A DNA stretch of 64,000 nucleotides, from NCBI RefSeq assembly GCF_043197895.1, contig NZ_JBICTY010000010.1, positions 829-64,828 on the forward strand, written 5' to 3'. Both the position numbers and the translations under genes were made by a program. This DNA is from Cryptosporangium sp. NPDC048952 (lineage in GTDB: Bacteria; Actinomycetota; Actinomycetes; Mycobacteriales; Cryptosporangiaceae). Each line of letters opens with the position of its first letter. Position 1 is the stretch's first letter. The notes beneath the pieces were generated by a model. That model saw only the letters and a program-made list of their open reading frames with translations. It was not told the DNA's origin and did no database searches. Below are positions 9,506 through 19,602 of this stretch, in pieces.

Positions 9506-10594
9506 TTACCAGAGCAGGCCCGGCTGCGGGATCTCCGTGGCCGCCGCGAAGTACTCGTGCCACCGCTCGGCGGACGGAACGAACGCCGAGCCGGTGGAGC
9601 GGGCGACGAACACGTCCGCGAGCCCGCCCCGGGTGAACGCGGCGATGTCGTCCTTCCCGTCACCGTCGAAGTCACCGACACCGGGAACTGCCTCCCCCTC
9701 CGCCCACGACCGGGCCCACGGCGCCGAGGTCCTGGCGAAGGACCGGCCGGTGGACAGAGCCACACTCACCACACCCCGGCCAAAAGCCACCACGTCCGCC
9801 TTCCCGTCCCCATTGACGTCCCCCACCCCGGGCCGCGCCCCACCCTCCCCGAACCACCCGTTCCACTGGGTAGCCCCGCGGAACGCGTTCCCCGCCGAGA
9901 GCGCCACCCACACCGACGCCGTCCGTCCCCGCGCGAACGCCACCAGGTCCGCCTTCCCGTCACCGTTCACGTCCGCGACCGCCGGAATCGAGGCGCCGGG
10001 CGCGAACCAGCCGTGCCAGGGTGTGGCCGCGCCGAACGCCCGGCCGGTCGACAGCGCCACCGTGACCGTCGGGGCGCTCCCCCGATGGAACGCGACGACG
10101 TCGTCCTTGCCGTCGCCGTTCAGGTCGCCCACCGCCGGGATGGCGCTCTCCGGCGCGAACGACGTCGACCAGACCGACGTCGGACCGAAGGAACGGCCGG
10201 TGGACAACGCGACCGACACCGTCGGCTTGTTGCCGCGGGAGAACGCGACGACGTCGCTGCGGCCGTCACCGTCGAAGTCGCCGGTGAGGGGTGTCTGGCT
10301 CCAGAACGCGAACTGGTCGGACCAGAGGTCGCCGATGCCGTCGAACCGCGTTCCGGTGGAACGGGCGACGTACACGTCACCGCCCTGCCCCCGGGTGAAC
10401 GCGACGACGTCGTCCCGGCCGTCGCCGTCGAAGTCGCCGGCGCGGCCTCCGAATCCGTCGGACGATGCCGTCAGCGGCCGGTCGGCCGGAACGCCCGGCT
10501 GCGACGCGGTGTCCGGCGCCGGCCCGACGATGTAGGCCGCGTGCGCCACTGCCATCGACGTGCCGACCGCCATGATCGTGCTCAGTACTCCCAT
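9506..10594 (-). CDS. Secreted FG-GAP / VCBS repeat protein (integrin-alpha-like beta-propeller)
   Basis: Signal peptide MGVLSTIMAVGTSMAVAHAA; at least seven repeats of DxDGDG(K/R)xDxVAF. Confidence 0.75.
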   Translation of the reverse strand: MGVLSTIMAVGTSMAVAHAAYIVGPAPDTASQPGVPADRPLTASSDGFGGRAGDFDGDGRDDVVAFTRGQGGDVYVARSTGTRFDGIGDLWSDQFAFWSQTPLTGDFDGDGRSDVVAFSRGNKPTVSVALSTGRSFGPTSVWSTSFAPESAIPAVGDLNGDGKDDVVAFHRGSAPTVTVALSTGRAFGAATPWHGWFAPGASIPAVADVNGDGKADLVAFARGRTASVWVALSAGNAFRGATQWNGWFGEGGARPGVGDVNGDGKADVVAFGRGVVSVALSTGRSFARTSAPWARSWAEGEAVPGVGDFDGDGKDDIAAFTRGGLADVFVARSTGSAFVPSAERWHEYFAAATEIPQPGLLW

Positions 10595-10706
10595 GCCCGC
10601 CCCTTACAGATGTCCGCCCCTTTTGCCCTTGAATAACACCGCGCGTCGGTTCGGCTTCGGAGGCAAGGCCGGTCGGGTCTTTCGGGTTCGGCGGTTCGTG
10701 GGCACC

Positions 10707-11525
10707 ATGGGCAGGGTGGTGGGCACGCACGGTCTGGCCGACGCAGGGCGCACCGAAGTGGCGCCCCGGGTTCTGGCGGCCTGGGACGCGTTTCTCGCCT
10801 CGGCGGAATCGGCCGATTTGGAACGTGGGTGCTCCACAGCGGGCAGCACGGGCGCCGACGTCTGCATCCGGCTCGGGCTGTGGACCGAGTACGCGGCCCT
10901 GCACGACCTGGTGAGTTCCGCCCGCAGCGGCGCCGTCGGCCCGCCGCCGGATCTCGACGCCGTCGTGGAGACCCACCGCAGCGCCGGGCGCGACGAGATC
11001 CTCGCCGCGCTGCGCCGGCACCGGGACGCGGTCTCGATCTACTTCAACAGCTTCGACGAGTGGCTCGACCTCGACCCGACCGTCTCACCGTTCGGACGGC
11101 TGCCGCTGCTCACCACGCTGCTCGGGCAGGTGTATCCGCTGGCCGTGCACGCGCTGGACCTGGTCGACTGCGGCGCTCCGCCGCCACCGGACTTCCTGCT
11201 GGACTCCGGGCTCGCCGCGTTCGTCGACCTGCTCGGCGGCCTGGCGTGCGAGGACGGCATCACCGGCGGGGCCGCAGTGTTCACACCGCCGTCCGGCGGC
11301 TGGGCGTTCGCCTGCGGCGAGGAGGGCTGGACGGTCACCACGCTCGACCGGCGCCGCCCCGGCGGCACCGTGATCGAGGGCCCGGCCGCCGAGGTGCTCG
11401 CCGCGTCGGCGGGTCGCTCGGAACTGCGCGCGCTCCGCGTCCATCAGCAGGCCGGGTTACTGCGGCTGACCGACGTCGTCCGCCGCCTCGGCCGCACGAC
11501 CGCGATGCCGAAGCCCCAGGCCTAG
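10707..11525 (+). CDS. Hypothetical protein, possibly DinB_2 / mycothiol-dependent maleylpyruvate-isomerase N-terminal family
   Basis: ORF with protein-like composition; weak resemblance only. Start chosen at internal ATG to avoid overlap with the FG-GAP gene. Confidence 0.4.
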   Translation: MGRVVGTHGLADAGRTEVAPRVLAAWDAFLASAESADLERGCSTAGSTGADVCIRLGLWTEYAALHDLVSSARSGAVGPPPDLDAVVETHRSAGRDEILAALRRHRDAVSIYFNSFDEWLDLDPTVSPFGRLPLLTTLLGQVYPLAVHALDLVDCGAPPPPDFLLDSGLAAFVDLLGGLACEDGITGGAAVFTPPSGGWAFACGEEGWTVTTLDRRRPGGTVIEGPAAEVLAASAGRSELRALRVHQQAGLLRLTDVVRRLGRTTAMPKPQA

Positions 11526-12295
11526 GCGCGGCCCCAGGCCACGTGCGCTTCGAACGCCGGACGCGGATCCTGCCCGGTTTCGATCCGTCGCACTCGGTCG
11601 GCCAGCGCGGAGTCCAGCCGGGCGCGCCCCAGCGGGCCCAGGGCGTGGAACGCCGGTGAGGTGACGACGAACGGCGCGAACTCGAGCAGGAAGTCGTCCG
11701 CAGGCGGCAGTGCGTAGGCGGCCTCGATCGACTCGACCCGCACGTCGCTGAAACCGGCGTCGGCGAGCGCCACCCCGAACTCGTCCCGGCCCAGGTGCGG
11801 CAGATCGACCGCGAGTTCCCTGCTCGTGCCCCAGATGATCTCGGTGTAGGGGGACATGTGGGGCTTCGCCCAGTGCACGATCGCCACCGTTCCGCCGGGG
11901 CGGACCACCCGGCGCATCTCGGCGAGCGCGTGCGGACCGGCGTACATCGCGGCGAGGACGGAGAAGGCCGCGTCGAACGAATCCGTCGGGTAGGGCAGCG
12001 CGTTCGCGTCCGCGAGATCCGCCGACGCGTGCGGGTACGGCGCCACGCGGCCCTTCAGGTACGTCGCGGTCAGCGGCGCGTTGTCGACACCGACCACTTC
12101 GTACCCGCGCTCGGCCGCCGCGACGACGAGCGGGCCGGTGCCGGCGCCGACATCCAGCACGCGGGCGCTGTCCGGGAGCCCGGCGGAATCCAGCAGCCGA
12201 GCTGCGATCTCGCTGGTGGTGGGCTCGATCCACCGCACCGCCTGCGGCAGCATCAGATCGGTGTGGCTGACGAGGTCGATCGATTCGGAAACCAT
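11522..12295 (-). CDS. Class I SAM-dependent methyltransferase
   Basis: Motif I VLDVGAGTGPL; post-I EVVGVD; motif II PGGTVAI. Confidence 0.75.
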   Translation of the reverse strand: MVSESIDLVSHTDLMLPQAVRWIEPTTSEIAARLLDSAGLPDSARVLDVGAGTGPLVVAAAERGYEVVGVDNAPLTATYLKGRVAPYPHASADLADANALPYPTDSFDAAFSVLAAMYAGPHALAEMRRVVRPGGTVAIVHWAKPHMSPYTEIIWGTSRELAVDLPHLGRDEFGVALADAGFSDVRVESIEAAYALPPADDFLLEFAPFVVTSPAFHALGPLGRARLDSALADRVRRIETGQDPRPAFEAHVAWGRA

Positions 12296-12364
12296 GATTC
12301 GATTCCATCGACTGCCGGGCGGCCCGCCCATGCTCCGGCGCGACGGAAACATACGATCAGTGAC

Positions 12365-13231
12365 GTGGACGTCGTGAGCGAGGCGATCAGCAGCGTGCGG
12401 GTCGGCCGGGCCGAGGCGTGCTGGGTCACCGGCGCCGGCGCATGGGGCCTGCGGTATCCCGGCTATCCGGTCAGTGGCTTCCACATCCTGATCCGCGGTG
12501 AGGGCTGGCTGATCACGCCCACCGACGCGCCGCGCGCGGTGGCGCCGGGCGACGTGGTGTTCACGGCGGCGGGTGCGCCGCACGGCCTCAGCCACGCACC
12601 GACCACGATGGAGTCGCTGCCCCAGGCGGTGCTGGGCGCCGCGCCGCGGGTCGAGGACGCGGACAGCGTGTTCCTCTGCGGCGCGTACTGGCTCACGGAT
12701 GCCAGCACGCATCCGTACCTTCGTTCGCTGCCCGGCGCTCTGGCGGTGACCCCGACCGACCGCCACCTGCGCGCGCTGGTCGACCTCCTGGACGCGGAGG
12801 TCGCCACCGCCGCACCGGGCGGCTCGATCTCCCGGCCCGCACTGCTCGACCTGGTGCTCACCCACGTACTCCGGGAGTTGCTGGCCCAGCACCCGCCGGA
12901 GGACGGCGTCGACGACCCGGCCATCGCGGCCGTCGTCCGGCAGATCCGGACCGATCCGGAGAAGCCGTGGACCGCGCAGGAACTCAGCGACCGGGCCGGT
13001 CTGCCCCGGCGCGAGTTCTCGCGCCGGTTCGCGGAGGTCACCGGCCGGCCGTTACGGGCCTACCTCACCGAATCCCGCCTCGCTCTCGGCGCCCACCTGC
13101 TGCACGAGTCCGACCTCACGCTGGCGGCCATCGCCCGCCGGGTCGGCTACTCGACCGAGTTCGCGTTCGGTGCAGCCTTCCGCCGCGAATACGGTGTGTC
13201 CCCCGGGAACTTCCGTAAATCCCGAACCTAG
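12365..13231 (+). CDS. AraC-family transcriptional regulator with N-terminal cupin domain
   Basis: Cupin-like N-half (GDVVFTAAGAPHGLSH) and C-terminal HTH_18 (RVGYSTEFAFGAAFRREYGVSPGNFR); divergent from the methyltransferase. Confidence 0.75.
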   Translation: MDVVSEAISSVRVGRAEACWVTGAGAWGLRYPGYPVSGFHILIRGEGWLITPTDAPRAVAPGDVVFTAAGAPHGLSHAPTTMESLPQAVLGAAPRVEDADSVFLCGAYWLTDASTHPYLRSLPGALAVTPTDRHLRALVDLLDAEVATAAPGGSISRPALLDLVLTHVLRELLAQHPPEDGVDDPAIAAVVRQIRTDPEKPWTAQELSDRAGLPRREFSRRFAEVTGRPLRAYLTESRLALGAHLLHESDLTLAAIARRVGYSTEFAFGAAFRREYGVSPGNFRKSRT

Positions 13232-14034
13232 AAGCGACCGCCACCCTTGCTGTCGCCGGACAGCCGCTGCGCCAGGTAGATCGGCACGACCGACAGCACG
13301 ATCAGCACCGCCGCGACGACGTTGACCACCGGCGCCTGGTTCGGCCGGAACAGGTTGTTCAGGATCCAGATCGGCAATGTCTGCGTACCGGCTCCCGCGG
13401 TGAACGTCGTCACGATGATCTCGTCGAACGAGAGCGCGAACGCGAGCAGACCACCGGCGAAGAGCGCGGAACGCAGCATCGGGAACGTCACCAGCCGGAA
13501 CGTGGTGAACAGATCGGCGCCGAGGTCCATCGACGCCTCCTCCAGGTTGCCGCCGAGCCGGCGCAGCCGGGCGATCACGTTGTTGAAGACGATCACCACG
13601 CAGAACGTCGCGTGGGCGACGACCAGCGTGAGGAACCCGAGGTTGACGCCGAGCACGGTGCGGAACGCGTTGTTCAGCGCGATGCCGGTGACGATGCCCG
13701 GCAGCGCGATCGGCAGCACGATCAGCAGCGAGATCGAGTTCTGCCCGAAGAACTTGTGCCGCTGCAGCGCGAAGCTCGCCAGCGTGCCCAGCACCAGCGC
13801 GACGACTGTCGCGACGAGTCCGACCTGGACGCTGGTGAGGAACGCGTCGAGCGCGCCCTTGTTCTGCGCGGTGCGCTCCCACCACTCGAGCGTGAAGCCC
13901 GAAGGCGGCCAGCCGAACGTCCGGTCGCGGTTGAACGAGTTGATCAGAACGACGATCAACGGCACGTAGACGACGCCGAGCGCGAGGAACGTGAACGTGC
14001 GCAGTGCGATCCGGGCGGAGCGCGAGAGAGTCAT
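13228..14034 (-). CDS. potC: ABC transporter permease, PotC-like
   Basis: EAA-loop region EEASMDLGADLFTTFRLVTFP; six TM helices. Confidence 0.75.
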   Translation of the reverse strand: MTLSRSARIALRTFTFLALGVVYVPLIVVLINSFNRDRTFGWPPSGFTLEWWERTAQNKGALDAFLTSVQVGLVATVVALVLGTLASFALQRHKFFGQNSISLLIVLPIALPGIVTGIALNNAFRTVLGVNLGFLTLVVAHATFCVVIVFNNVIARLRRLGGNLEEASMDLGADLFTTFRLVTFPMLRSALFAGGLLAFALSFDEIIVTTFTAGAGTQTLPIWILNNLFRPNQAPVVNVVAAVLIVLSVVPIYLAQRLSGDSKGGGRF

Positions 14035-14909
14035 AGGTTCTCCAGTGCACCCGTGCGGCGGACGGCGGCCAGGTAGACGAGCATGATCGCGACCGGCACC
14101 GTGGCGACGGCCGCGGCGAACGGCAGGTTGTTGGCCGCGCCGATGTTGTCGTAGACGACGTTGCCGAGCAGCTGCTTCGTGCCGCCGACGATGCGGACCG
14201 CGATGTAGTCGCCGAGCGACAGCGAGAACGTGAAGATCGAACCCGCGACCACGGCCGGGAAGACCGTGGGCAGCACGACCGTGCGGAACGTCCGCAGCGG
14301 GCGCGCGCCGAGGTCGCCGGCGGCGTCGAGCAGGGAGTTCGGCAGCCGTTCGAGGCCGGCGTACACCGGCAGGATCATGTACGGCAGCCAGAGGTAGGCG
14401 AGGGTCACAGTGGTTGCGGTGATTCCGTAGCCGGGGGTGCCGCCGAGCCAGGACAGGATGCCGTCGCCGGAGAACATCAGCCGCCACGCGTAGACCTTCA
14501 CCAGGTAGCTCGCCCAGAGCGGGGTGAGGATCGCGACGACGAGCAGTCGCTGGGCGCGTGGCGACGCCACCTTGGCCATGTAGAACGCGACCGGCAGCGC
14601 GATCAGCGCGTCGATCACCGTTACGCCGACCGCGACGCCGATCGTCCGGAGCGTGATCGTGCGGTAGACCTCGCCGGTGAACAGCGTCGTGAAGTTGTCG
14701 AGCGTCCAGGCCCGCACGATCTGGCCGGTGAAGTCGTTCACCGACCAGAACGCGGCGACGAACAGCGCCGCCAACGACCCCAGATAAGCCAGCCCCAACC
14801 ACAACAGCGGAACCGACAGCATGATCCCGAGCCGAGCCCGGGGCCGCCGGTACAGCGCCGTAGACACCCGCCGCACCACCGAAGGGCGCCGCTCCAACGT
14901 CGCCGTCAT
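14031..14909 (-). CDS. potB: ABC transporter permease, PotB-like
   Basis: DAAGDLGARPLRTFRTVVLP EAA-loop; ATG at 14909 preceded by gaggag; 4-nt overlap with potC. Confidence 0.75.
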   Translation of the reverse strand: MTATLERRPSVVRRVSTALYRRPRARLGIMLSVPLLWLGLAYLGSLAALFVAAFWSVNDFTGQIVRAWTLDNFTTLFTGEVYRTITLRTIGVAVGVTVIDALIALPVAFYMAKVASPRAQRLLVVAILTPLWASYLVKVYAWRLMFSGDGILSWLGGTPGYGITATTVTLAYLWLPYMILPVYAGLERLPNSLLDAAGDLGARPLRTFRTVVLPTVFPAVVAGSIFTFSLSLGDYIAVRIVGGTKQLLGNVVYDNIGAANNLPFAAAVATVPVAIMLVYLAAVRRTGALENL

Positions 14910-14946
14910 CGTTCTCCTCAAAGCGCCGAAGGCGCGCTTGTCTTTG

Positions 14947-15060
14947 CTTGAAACCCGGAGCCCGCTCAGGGCGACGCTGCCAGTCGAGCGCGAATCCGCC
15001 GCGTATAGGTGAATACTCAAGGGTTCGCGCTCGCCTGGCAGGGTCGCCCTGAGCGGGCCG
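14947..15060. promoter_or_regulatory. Long intergenic inverted repeat (about 25-bp arms gagcccgctcagggcgacgctgccag / ctggcagggtcgccctgagcgggc) between the binding-protein and permease genes
   Basis: Arms read directly; position typical of intra-operon mRNA stability / decoupling hairpins in ABC importer operons. Confidence 0.6.
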
Positions 15061-15064
15061 CCCA

Positions 15065-16273
15065 CTACCCCTTGATAGAGGTCCAGGCTTGGGTCCAGGC
15101 GGAGTAGTCCTTGCACTTCACGTCGGTGCGGCCGTCGAGGCACTGGGTGATCGGCGTCGACCAGTACCAGATCTTCTTCGCGTACTCGGCGTCACCGGCG
15201 TGGTAGGTGTCGCAGTGCTTCTTGTCGGCGGTGAACTCACAGGCCTTGGGGTTGGCCGGCGACTCGCCGAAGTACTCCGCGACCTGCGCGTTCGCCTTCG
15301 GCGACACGATGTGGTCCAGCCACTTGTACGCGCACGTCTTGTGCTCGGACTTCGCGCCGACCATCCAGGTGTCCGACCACCCGGTCGAACCCTCCTCCGG
15401 CAGCACCGCCTCGATCTTCGCGCCCTCGGACTTCGCCACGTTCGCGATGACCTGCCACGACGTCCCGATCACCGAGTCGCCGGACTTGAACGCCGAAACT
15501 TCCTTCAGGTAGTCCGACCAGTACTCGCCCACGTTCAGCTTCTGCTTCTTGAGCAGATCGACGGCAGCCGCGAACTGCTTGTCGTCGAGCGCGTACGGGT
15601 TCTTGATCCCCAGGTCGGGCTTCGTGTTCATCAGGTACAGCGCCGCGTCGGCGATGTAGATCGGCGAGTCGTACGCGGTGACCTTGCCCTTGGTGGCCGC
15701 GTTGTCCTCGAACACCGAGCTCCACGACGTCGGGGCGGGCTTCACCGCGTCGGTGTTGTACATCAGCAGGTTCGCGCCCCACCCGTGCGGCACGCCGTAC
15801 GAGACGCCGTTGACGCTGTTCCACTTCTGGTTCTTGAGGAACGGGAAGATGTCGGCGTAGTTCGGCACGAGGTCGGTGTTCACCGGCTCGACGTCACCGC
15901 CGGCGATCAGCCGCAGCGACGCGTCACCCGACGCCGAGACCACGTCGTACTGGCCGGTCTTCATCAGCGTCACGGCCTCGTCGGAGGTGCCGAACACCTT
16001 GACGTTGACCTGGCAGCCGGTGGCCTTCTCGTACGGCGATACCCAGTCGACCTTCGGGTCGTTGGAGCCGTCCTCTGCGTATCCCGCCCAGGCCAGTACG
16101 TTCAACGCGCCTTCGGGCTTTCCGAGCTGCTTCAGAGCTTCCAGCTTCGGCGGAGTGAACCCCGCCTCGGACTCCGAGCTACTGCCGGAGTCGTCACTGG
16201 TACCGCATGCCGCGGCTGCCGCCACCAGCACGACGGCTGCTGCTCCGGCAAAGACACGACTCAACCGGTTCAT
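15065..16273 (-). CDS. potD: ABC transporter substrate-binding lipoprotein, PotD/PotF (polyamine) family
   Basis: Lipobox AAACGT after signal peptide; PotD-like fold motifs (WAGYAEDG, GVPHGWGANLLMYN, TWMVGA). Confidence 0.75.
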   Translation of the reverse strand: MNRLSRVFAGAAAVVLVAAAAACGTSDDSGSSSESEAGFTPPKLEALKQLGKPEGALNVLAWAGYAEDGSNDPKVDWVSPYEKATGCQVNVKVFGTSDEAVTLMKTGQYDVVSASGDASLRLIAGGDVEPVNTDLVPNYADIFPFLKNQKWNSVNGVSYGVPHGWGANLLMYNTDAVKPAPTSWSSVFEDNAATKGKVTAYDSPIYIADAALYLMNTKPDLGIKNPYALDDKQFAAAVDLLKKQKLNVGEYWSDYLKEVSAFKSGDSVIGTSWQVIANVAKSEGAKIEAVLPEEGSTGWSDTWMVGAKSEHKTCAYKWLDHIVSPKANAQVAEYFGESPANPKACEFTADKKHCDTYHAGDAEYAKKIWYWSTPITQCLDGRTDVKCKDYSAWTQAWTSIKG

Positions 16274-16311
16274 GAAATACCTGCTTTCTCCGTACAGGGG
16301 GGTGGGAGGAG

Positions 16312-17352
16312 TCAGGAGGAGGTAGCGGCCAACTCGCCGCTCACCGGCAGCGCGTGGGCGCTCTGCCAGCGCAGTCGAACGCGGTCACCGCGGTTGATGC
16401 CGCTCTCGCCTTCGTTCTGCCGTTGCACGACCAGCTGCCCGCCGGCGTCGAGATCGACGACGTACCGGGTGGACGCGCCGAGGTAGATCTCTTCGAGGAC
16501 CGTGCCCTCGGGCCCTTCCCCGGACTCCGACATCGGGGAGATCCGGATCTTCTCCGGCCGGATGCTCACCATGTCGGGCGATCCGAGCAGCGCGGTCGCG
16601 GTGGCACCCGACAACAGGTTGGTGACACCGACGAACCCGGCGACGAAGTCGGTCTCGGGGTGCTCGTACAGCCCGGCCGGGGACGCGATCTGCTCGATCC
16701 GTCCATCTCGGACGACCGCTACGCGGTCGCTCATCGTCAGCGCCTCGTCCTGGTCGTGGGTGACCAGCACGAACGTGATGCCGACGTTTCGCTGCAGGGC
16801 TTTCAGTTCGACTTGCATTTCGAGTCGCAGGGCCCGGTCGAGCGCGCCGAGCGGTTCGTCGAGCAGGAGCACTTTGGGACGGTTCACCAGCGCGCGGGCG
16901 AGCGCGACCCGCTGCCGCTGACCGCCGGAGAGCTGGCCGGGGCGGCGATCGCCGAAGCCGGTGAGGCGCACGGACTCCAGCGCTTCGAGCGCGCGCTGAC
17001 GGCGCTCCTTCTTGCCCACACCCTTGACGCGCAGCCCGTACTCGACGTTGCCGAGGACGGAGAGGTGCGGGAACAGCGCGTAGTCCTGGAAGACGGTGTT
17101 GACGTCCCGGTCGTACGGCGGCCGGGTGGTGACGTCCGTGCCCTGCAGCAGTACCTGACCCGCGGTGGGTAGCTCGAAGCCGGCGATCATCCGCAGCAGC
17201 GTCGTCTTGCCCGAGCCGGACGGTCCGAGCAGGGAGAAGAACTCACCGTCGGGGATCTCCAGGTCGATGCCGGCGACGGCTTCGACGTCACCGAACGTCT
17301 TGCGCAGCCCGCGCAGTTCGATGGCCGGGGCATTGTCCCTGGTGGGGTTCAA
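16312..17352 (-). CDS. potA: ABC transporter ATP-binding protein, PotA-like
   Basis: Walker A GPSGSGKTT; signature LSGGQRQRVALARAL; Walker B LLLDEPLGALD; C-terminal TOBE-like domain. Confidence 0.85.
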   Translation of the reverse strand: MNPTRDNAPAIELRGLRKTFGDVEAVAGIDLEIPDGEFFSLLGPSGSGKTTLLRMIAGFELPTAGQVLLQGTDVTTRPPYDRDVNTVFQDYALFPHLSVLGNVEYGLRVKGVGKKERRQRALEALESVRLTGFGDRRPGQLSGGQRQRVALARALVNRPKVLLLDEPLGALDRALRLEMQVELKALQRNVGITFVLVTHDQDEALTMSDRVAVVRDGRIEQIASPAGLYEHPETDFVAGFVGVTNLLSGATATALLGSPDMVSIRPEKIRISPMSESGEGPEGTVLEEIYLGASTRYVVDLDAGGQLVVQRQNEGESGINRGDRVRLRWQSAHALPVSGELAATSS

Positions 17353-17497
17353 CGGAACTCCTGGGAAGACGACGACGTTGGGCGGAACGATCGGTACTGA
17401 CTACGCGCCGAAACCTATGACGTCATAGTTCACAGCACAACCTGGCTACGTTGGAATTTATCGTGGAGTAACCTCAACGCTCCACACGGGAGGGTCG

Positions 17498-18256
17498 ATG
17501 GGCACGCGACGGTTCGACCGTGGGCCGCGATCCGCGCTGTTCGCGCCGCTGGAGAGCTTGAGCCGCACGGAGTTGGTGACCCATCGGCTGGCCGACGCGA
17601 TCATGCTCGGCCTGCTCATTGATGCCGAGCAACTGCCGAGCGAGACCGCCCTCGCCACCGGTTTCGGTGTGTCCACAGTGACAGTGCGTGAGGCGTTGAC
17701 CGCGCTGAGACAGCGAGGGTTGATCGAGACCCGGCGCGGGCGGGGTGGGGGGAGTTTTGTCCGGTCGCCGGCCGACGACCCGACCGCGGTGCTGCGCGAG
17801 CGGCTGCGTCAGTACAGCCCCGGCACGTTGCGTGACATCGGTGACCATTACGCGGCGATCAGCGGAGCGGCGGCCGAGCTCGCGGCCGAGCGGGCCGACA
17901 GCGAGGACGTGGCGCGGCTGCGGAGTGCGGTGGTCACAGTGGAGACGGCGGCCCGCCCGGGAGATCGCCGCCGCGCCGACGGCCACTTCTCGATCGAGGT
18001 GGCGGCCGCCGCACAGTCGGCCCGGCTGACCAGGGCGGAGATGGCTCTGCAGACCGAGGTCGGGCCGCTGTTCTGGCTCGTGCTCGAGGACGATGCGGCG
18101 CACGCGCTGGCCGTCGAGCGGTGCCGTGCGCTGACGGCTGCCGTGGTGCTGGGTGACGGTCAGCGAGCGCGTGCCGCCGCCCAGGAACGGATTGCCGACG
18201 CCGTCAACAGCCTGACCGAACGTCATCTGGAATTGGTTCGTCAGCCACGGGGGTAA
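17498..18256 (+). CDS. GntR-family transcriptional regulator (FadR/FCD C-terminal domain)
   Basis: HTH LPSETALATGFGVSTVTVREAL; divergent from potA. Confidence 0.75.
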   Translation: MGTRRFDRGPRSALFAPLESLSRTELVTHRLADAIMLGLLIDAEQLPSETALATGFGVSTVTVREALTALRQRGLIETRRGRGGGSFVRSPADDPTAVLRERLRQYSPGTLRDIGDHYAAISGAAAELAAERADSEDVARLRSAVVTVETAARPGDRRRADGHFSIEVAAAAQSARLTRAEMALQTEVGPLFWLVLEDDAAHALAVERCRALTAAVVLGDGQRARAAAQERIADAVNSLTERHLELVRQPRG

Positions 18257-18266
18257 AGGTCCCGGG

Positions 18267-19031
18267 TTGCGGGATGATCCGGGAATGGATCGCACGCGAA
18301 CCGCAGACCCGACCGCAACAGCGGCGGTGGTGTCGGTGGTGCGCAGAACGATCGAGGAAGCGTTCGACGGTGTGGCCGCGTTACGCCGGGACGTCGAGAG
18401 CATGTTTTCGGGGAGCACCGCCGCCGGTGGTACCGCGGTCGGCCGGGACGATCTCGCCGAGCTGTACCCCACGCTCACCGCCCCACTGCGGACGCCGGGC
18501 GGGCTCGCGAAGGGTGCGGGCTTCGTCGCGGCGCCGCACCTTCTCGTCGACGCGCCGTGGTGGCTGGAGTGGTGGACGCGGGAGCCGTCCGGAGAGCCGA
18601 GCCGCCTGGTCGTCGACGTCGATCCGGACGGCGAGAACTTCTACGACTACACGACGCTGCCCTGGTACCGGGATCCGCAGCGCACCGGGCAGCGGACCGT
18701 CACCGGCCCGTACGTCGACTACCTCTGCACCGACGACTACACGCTCACGTTCACCGCGGCGGTGCGCGACGGGGACGCGTTCCTGGGGGTCGTCGGCAGT
18801 GACCTGGACGTGGGCCTGTTCGAGGCGATCGCACTCCCGTCGCTGCGCGCGGTGCCGTGCACGGCGACGCTGATCAACGCCCACGGGCGGGTGATCGCGT
18901 CGAACTCACCGCAGCGCCGAGGTGGCTCGCTGGTCCGCGACGTGGACGTGGCCGCGCTGTGGGCGAACGGTTCGACGGCGGGAACCCGCCTCGTGCGCTG
19001 CGGGGACTTCCCGATCGGGCTGATGCTCTAA
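18267..19031 (+). CDS. Cache-like (sCache) sensor-domain protein without signal peptide or output domain; TTG start 11 nt after the gntR stop (alternative ATG at 18285)
   Basis: LPWYRDP and YVDYLCTDDYTLTFTAAVRDGDAFLGVVGSDLDV resemble Cache ligand-binding fold. Confidence 0.45.
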   Translation: MRDDPGMDRTRTADPTATAAVVSVVRRTIEEAFDGVAALRRDVESMFSGSTAAGGTAVGRDDLAELYPTLTAPLRTPGGLAKGAGFVAAPHLLVDAPWWLEWWTREPSGEPSRLVVDVDPDGENFYDYTTLPWYRDPQRTGQRTVTGPYVDYLCTDDYTLTFTAAVRDGDAFLGVVGSDLDVGLFEAIALPSLRAVPCTATLINAHGRVIASNSPQRRGGSLVRDVDVAALWANGSTAGTRLVRCGDFPIGLML

Positions 19032-19588
19032 AGACAGGGAGCGTCGCCCGGCCAGCGCTCGGCGAGCACGAGGTGCACGTGCCCGGCCTCGCCCACCTCC
19101 TCGAGCCCGGCGAAGTCGTGCACGACCCGCACGAACCCCTCCGGCACCGCGACCGCCACCGCCGCGAGCAGTTGCGCGCGGGCGTCGTCGGCGGTCGCTG
19201 TGGTTTCGGTGCCATCGAGGGCGGAGAAGAGGTCGGCGGCCAGGCCGAACGGGGCCGGGTCGATGCGGACGCGGTTGCCGGCGCACTCCACGCGCATGCC
19301 GGCGGGTACCCGCGCCCGGTAGTACTCCGCGCAGGCCACCAGCCTCGCGTTCTGCTCGGTCGACGGATCATTCGCTCCGTAGAGCGGCGGTAACAGCTCG
19401 AACCGGATGCCGTCCCAGACGACGCCGTGCCCTTCGAGCGGCACCTGGACCGTCTCGTTCGTCCCGGCGCCGAACCGCTCGTGCACCGCGGCCCGCGCGG
19501 CCGCCAGGTCCGGAACCGGTGCGAGCCGCTCGCCGGTGGCCAGCACCGGCTCCCATCCGTCGTCGGTGCTGCGGTAGGTCACGTCCAC
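19028..19588 (-). CDS. Hypothetical protein
   Basis: Protein-like composition; overlapping antisense frames are Arg/Pro-rich. Confidence 0.45.
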   Translation of the reverse strand: MDVTYRSTDDGWEPVLATGERLAPVPDLAAARAAVHERFGAGTNETVQVPLEGHGVVWDGIRFELLPPLYGANDPSTEQNARLVACAEYYRARVPAGMRVECAGNRVRIDPAPFGLAADLFSALDGTETTATADDARAQLLAAVAVAVPEGFVRVVHDFAGLEEVGEAGHVHLVLAERWPGDAPCL

Positions 19589-19602
19589 GGGGCAATCGTG
19601 CC

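Noticed and set aside
15089-16486. 465-aa plus-strand ORF
   Set aside because: Antisense to potD and potA.
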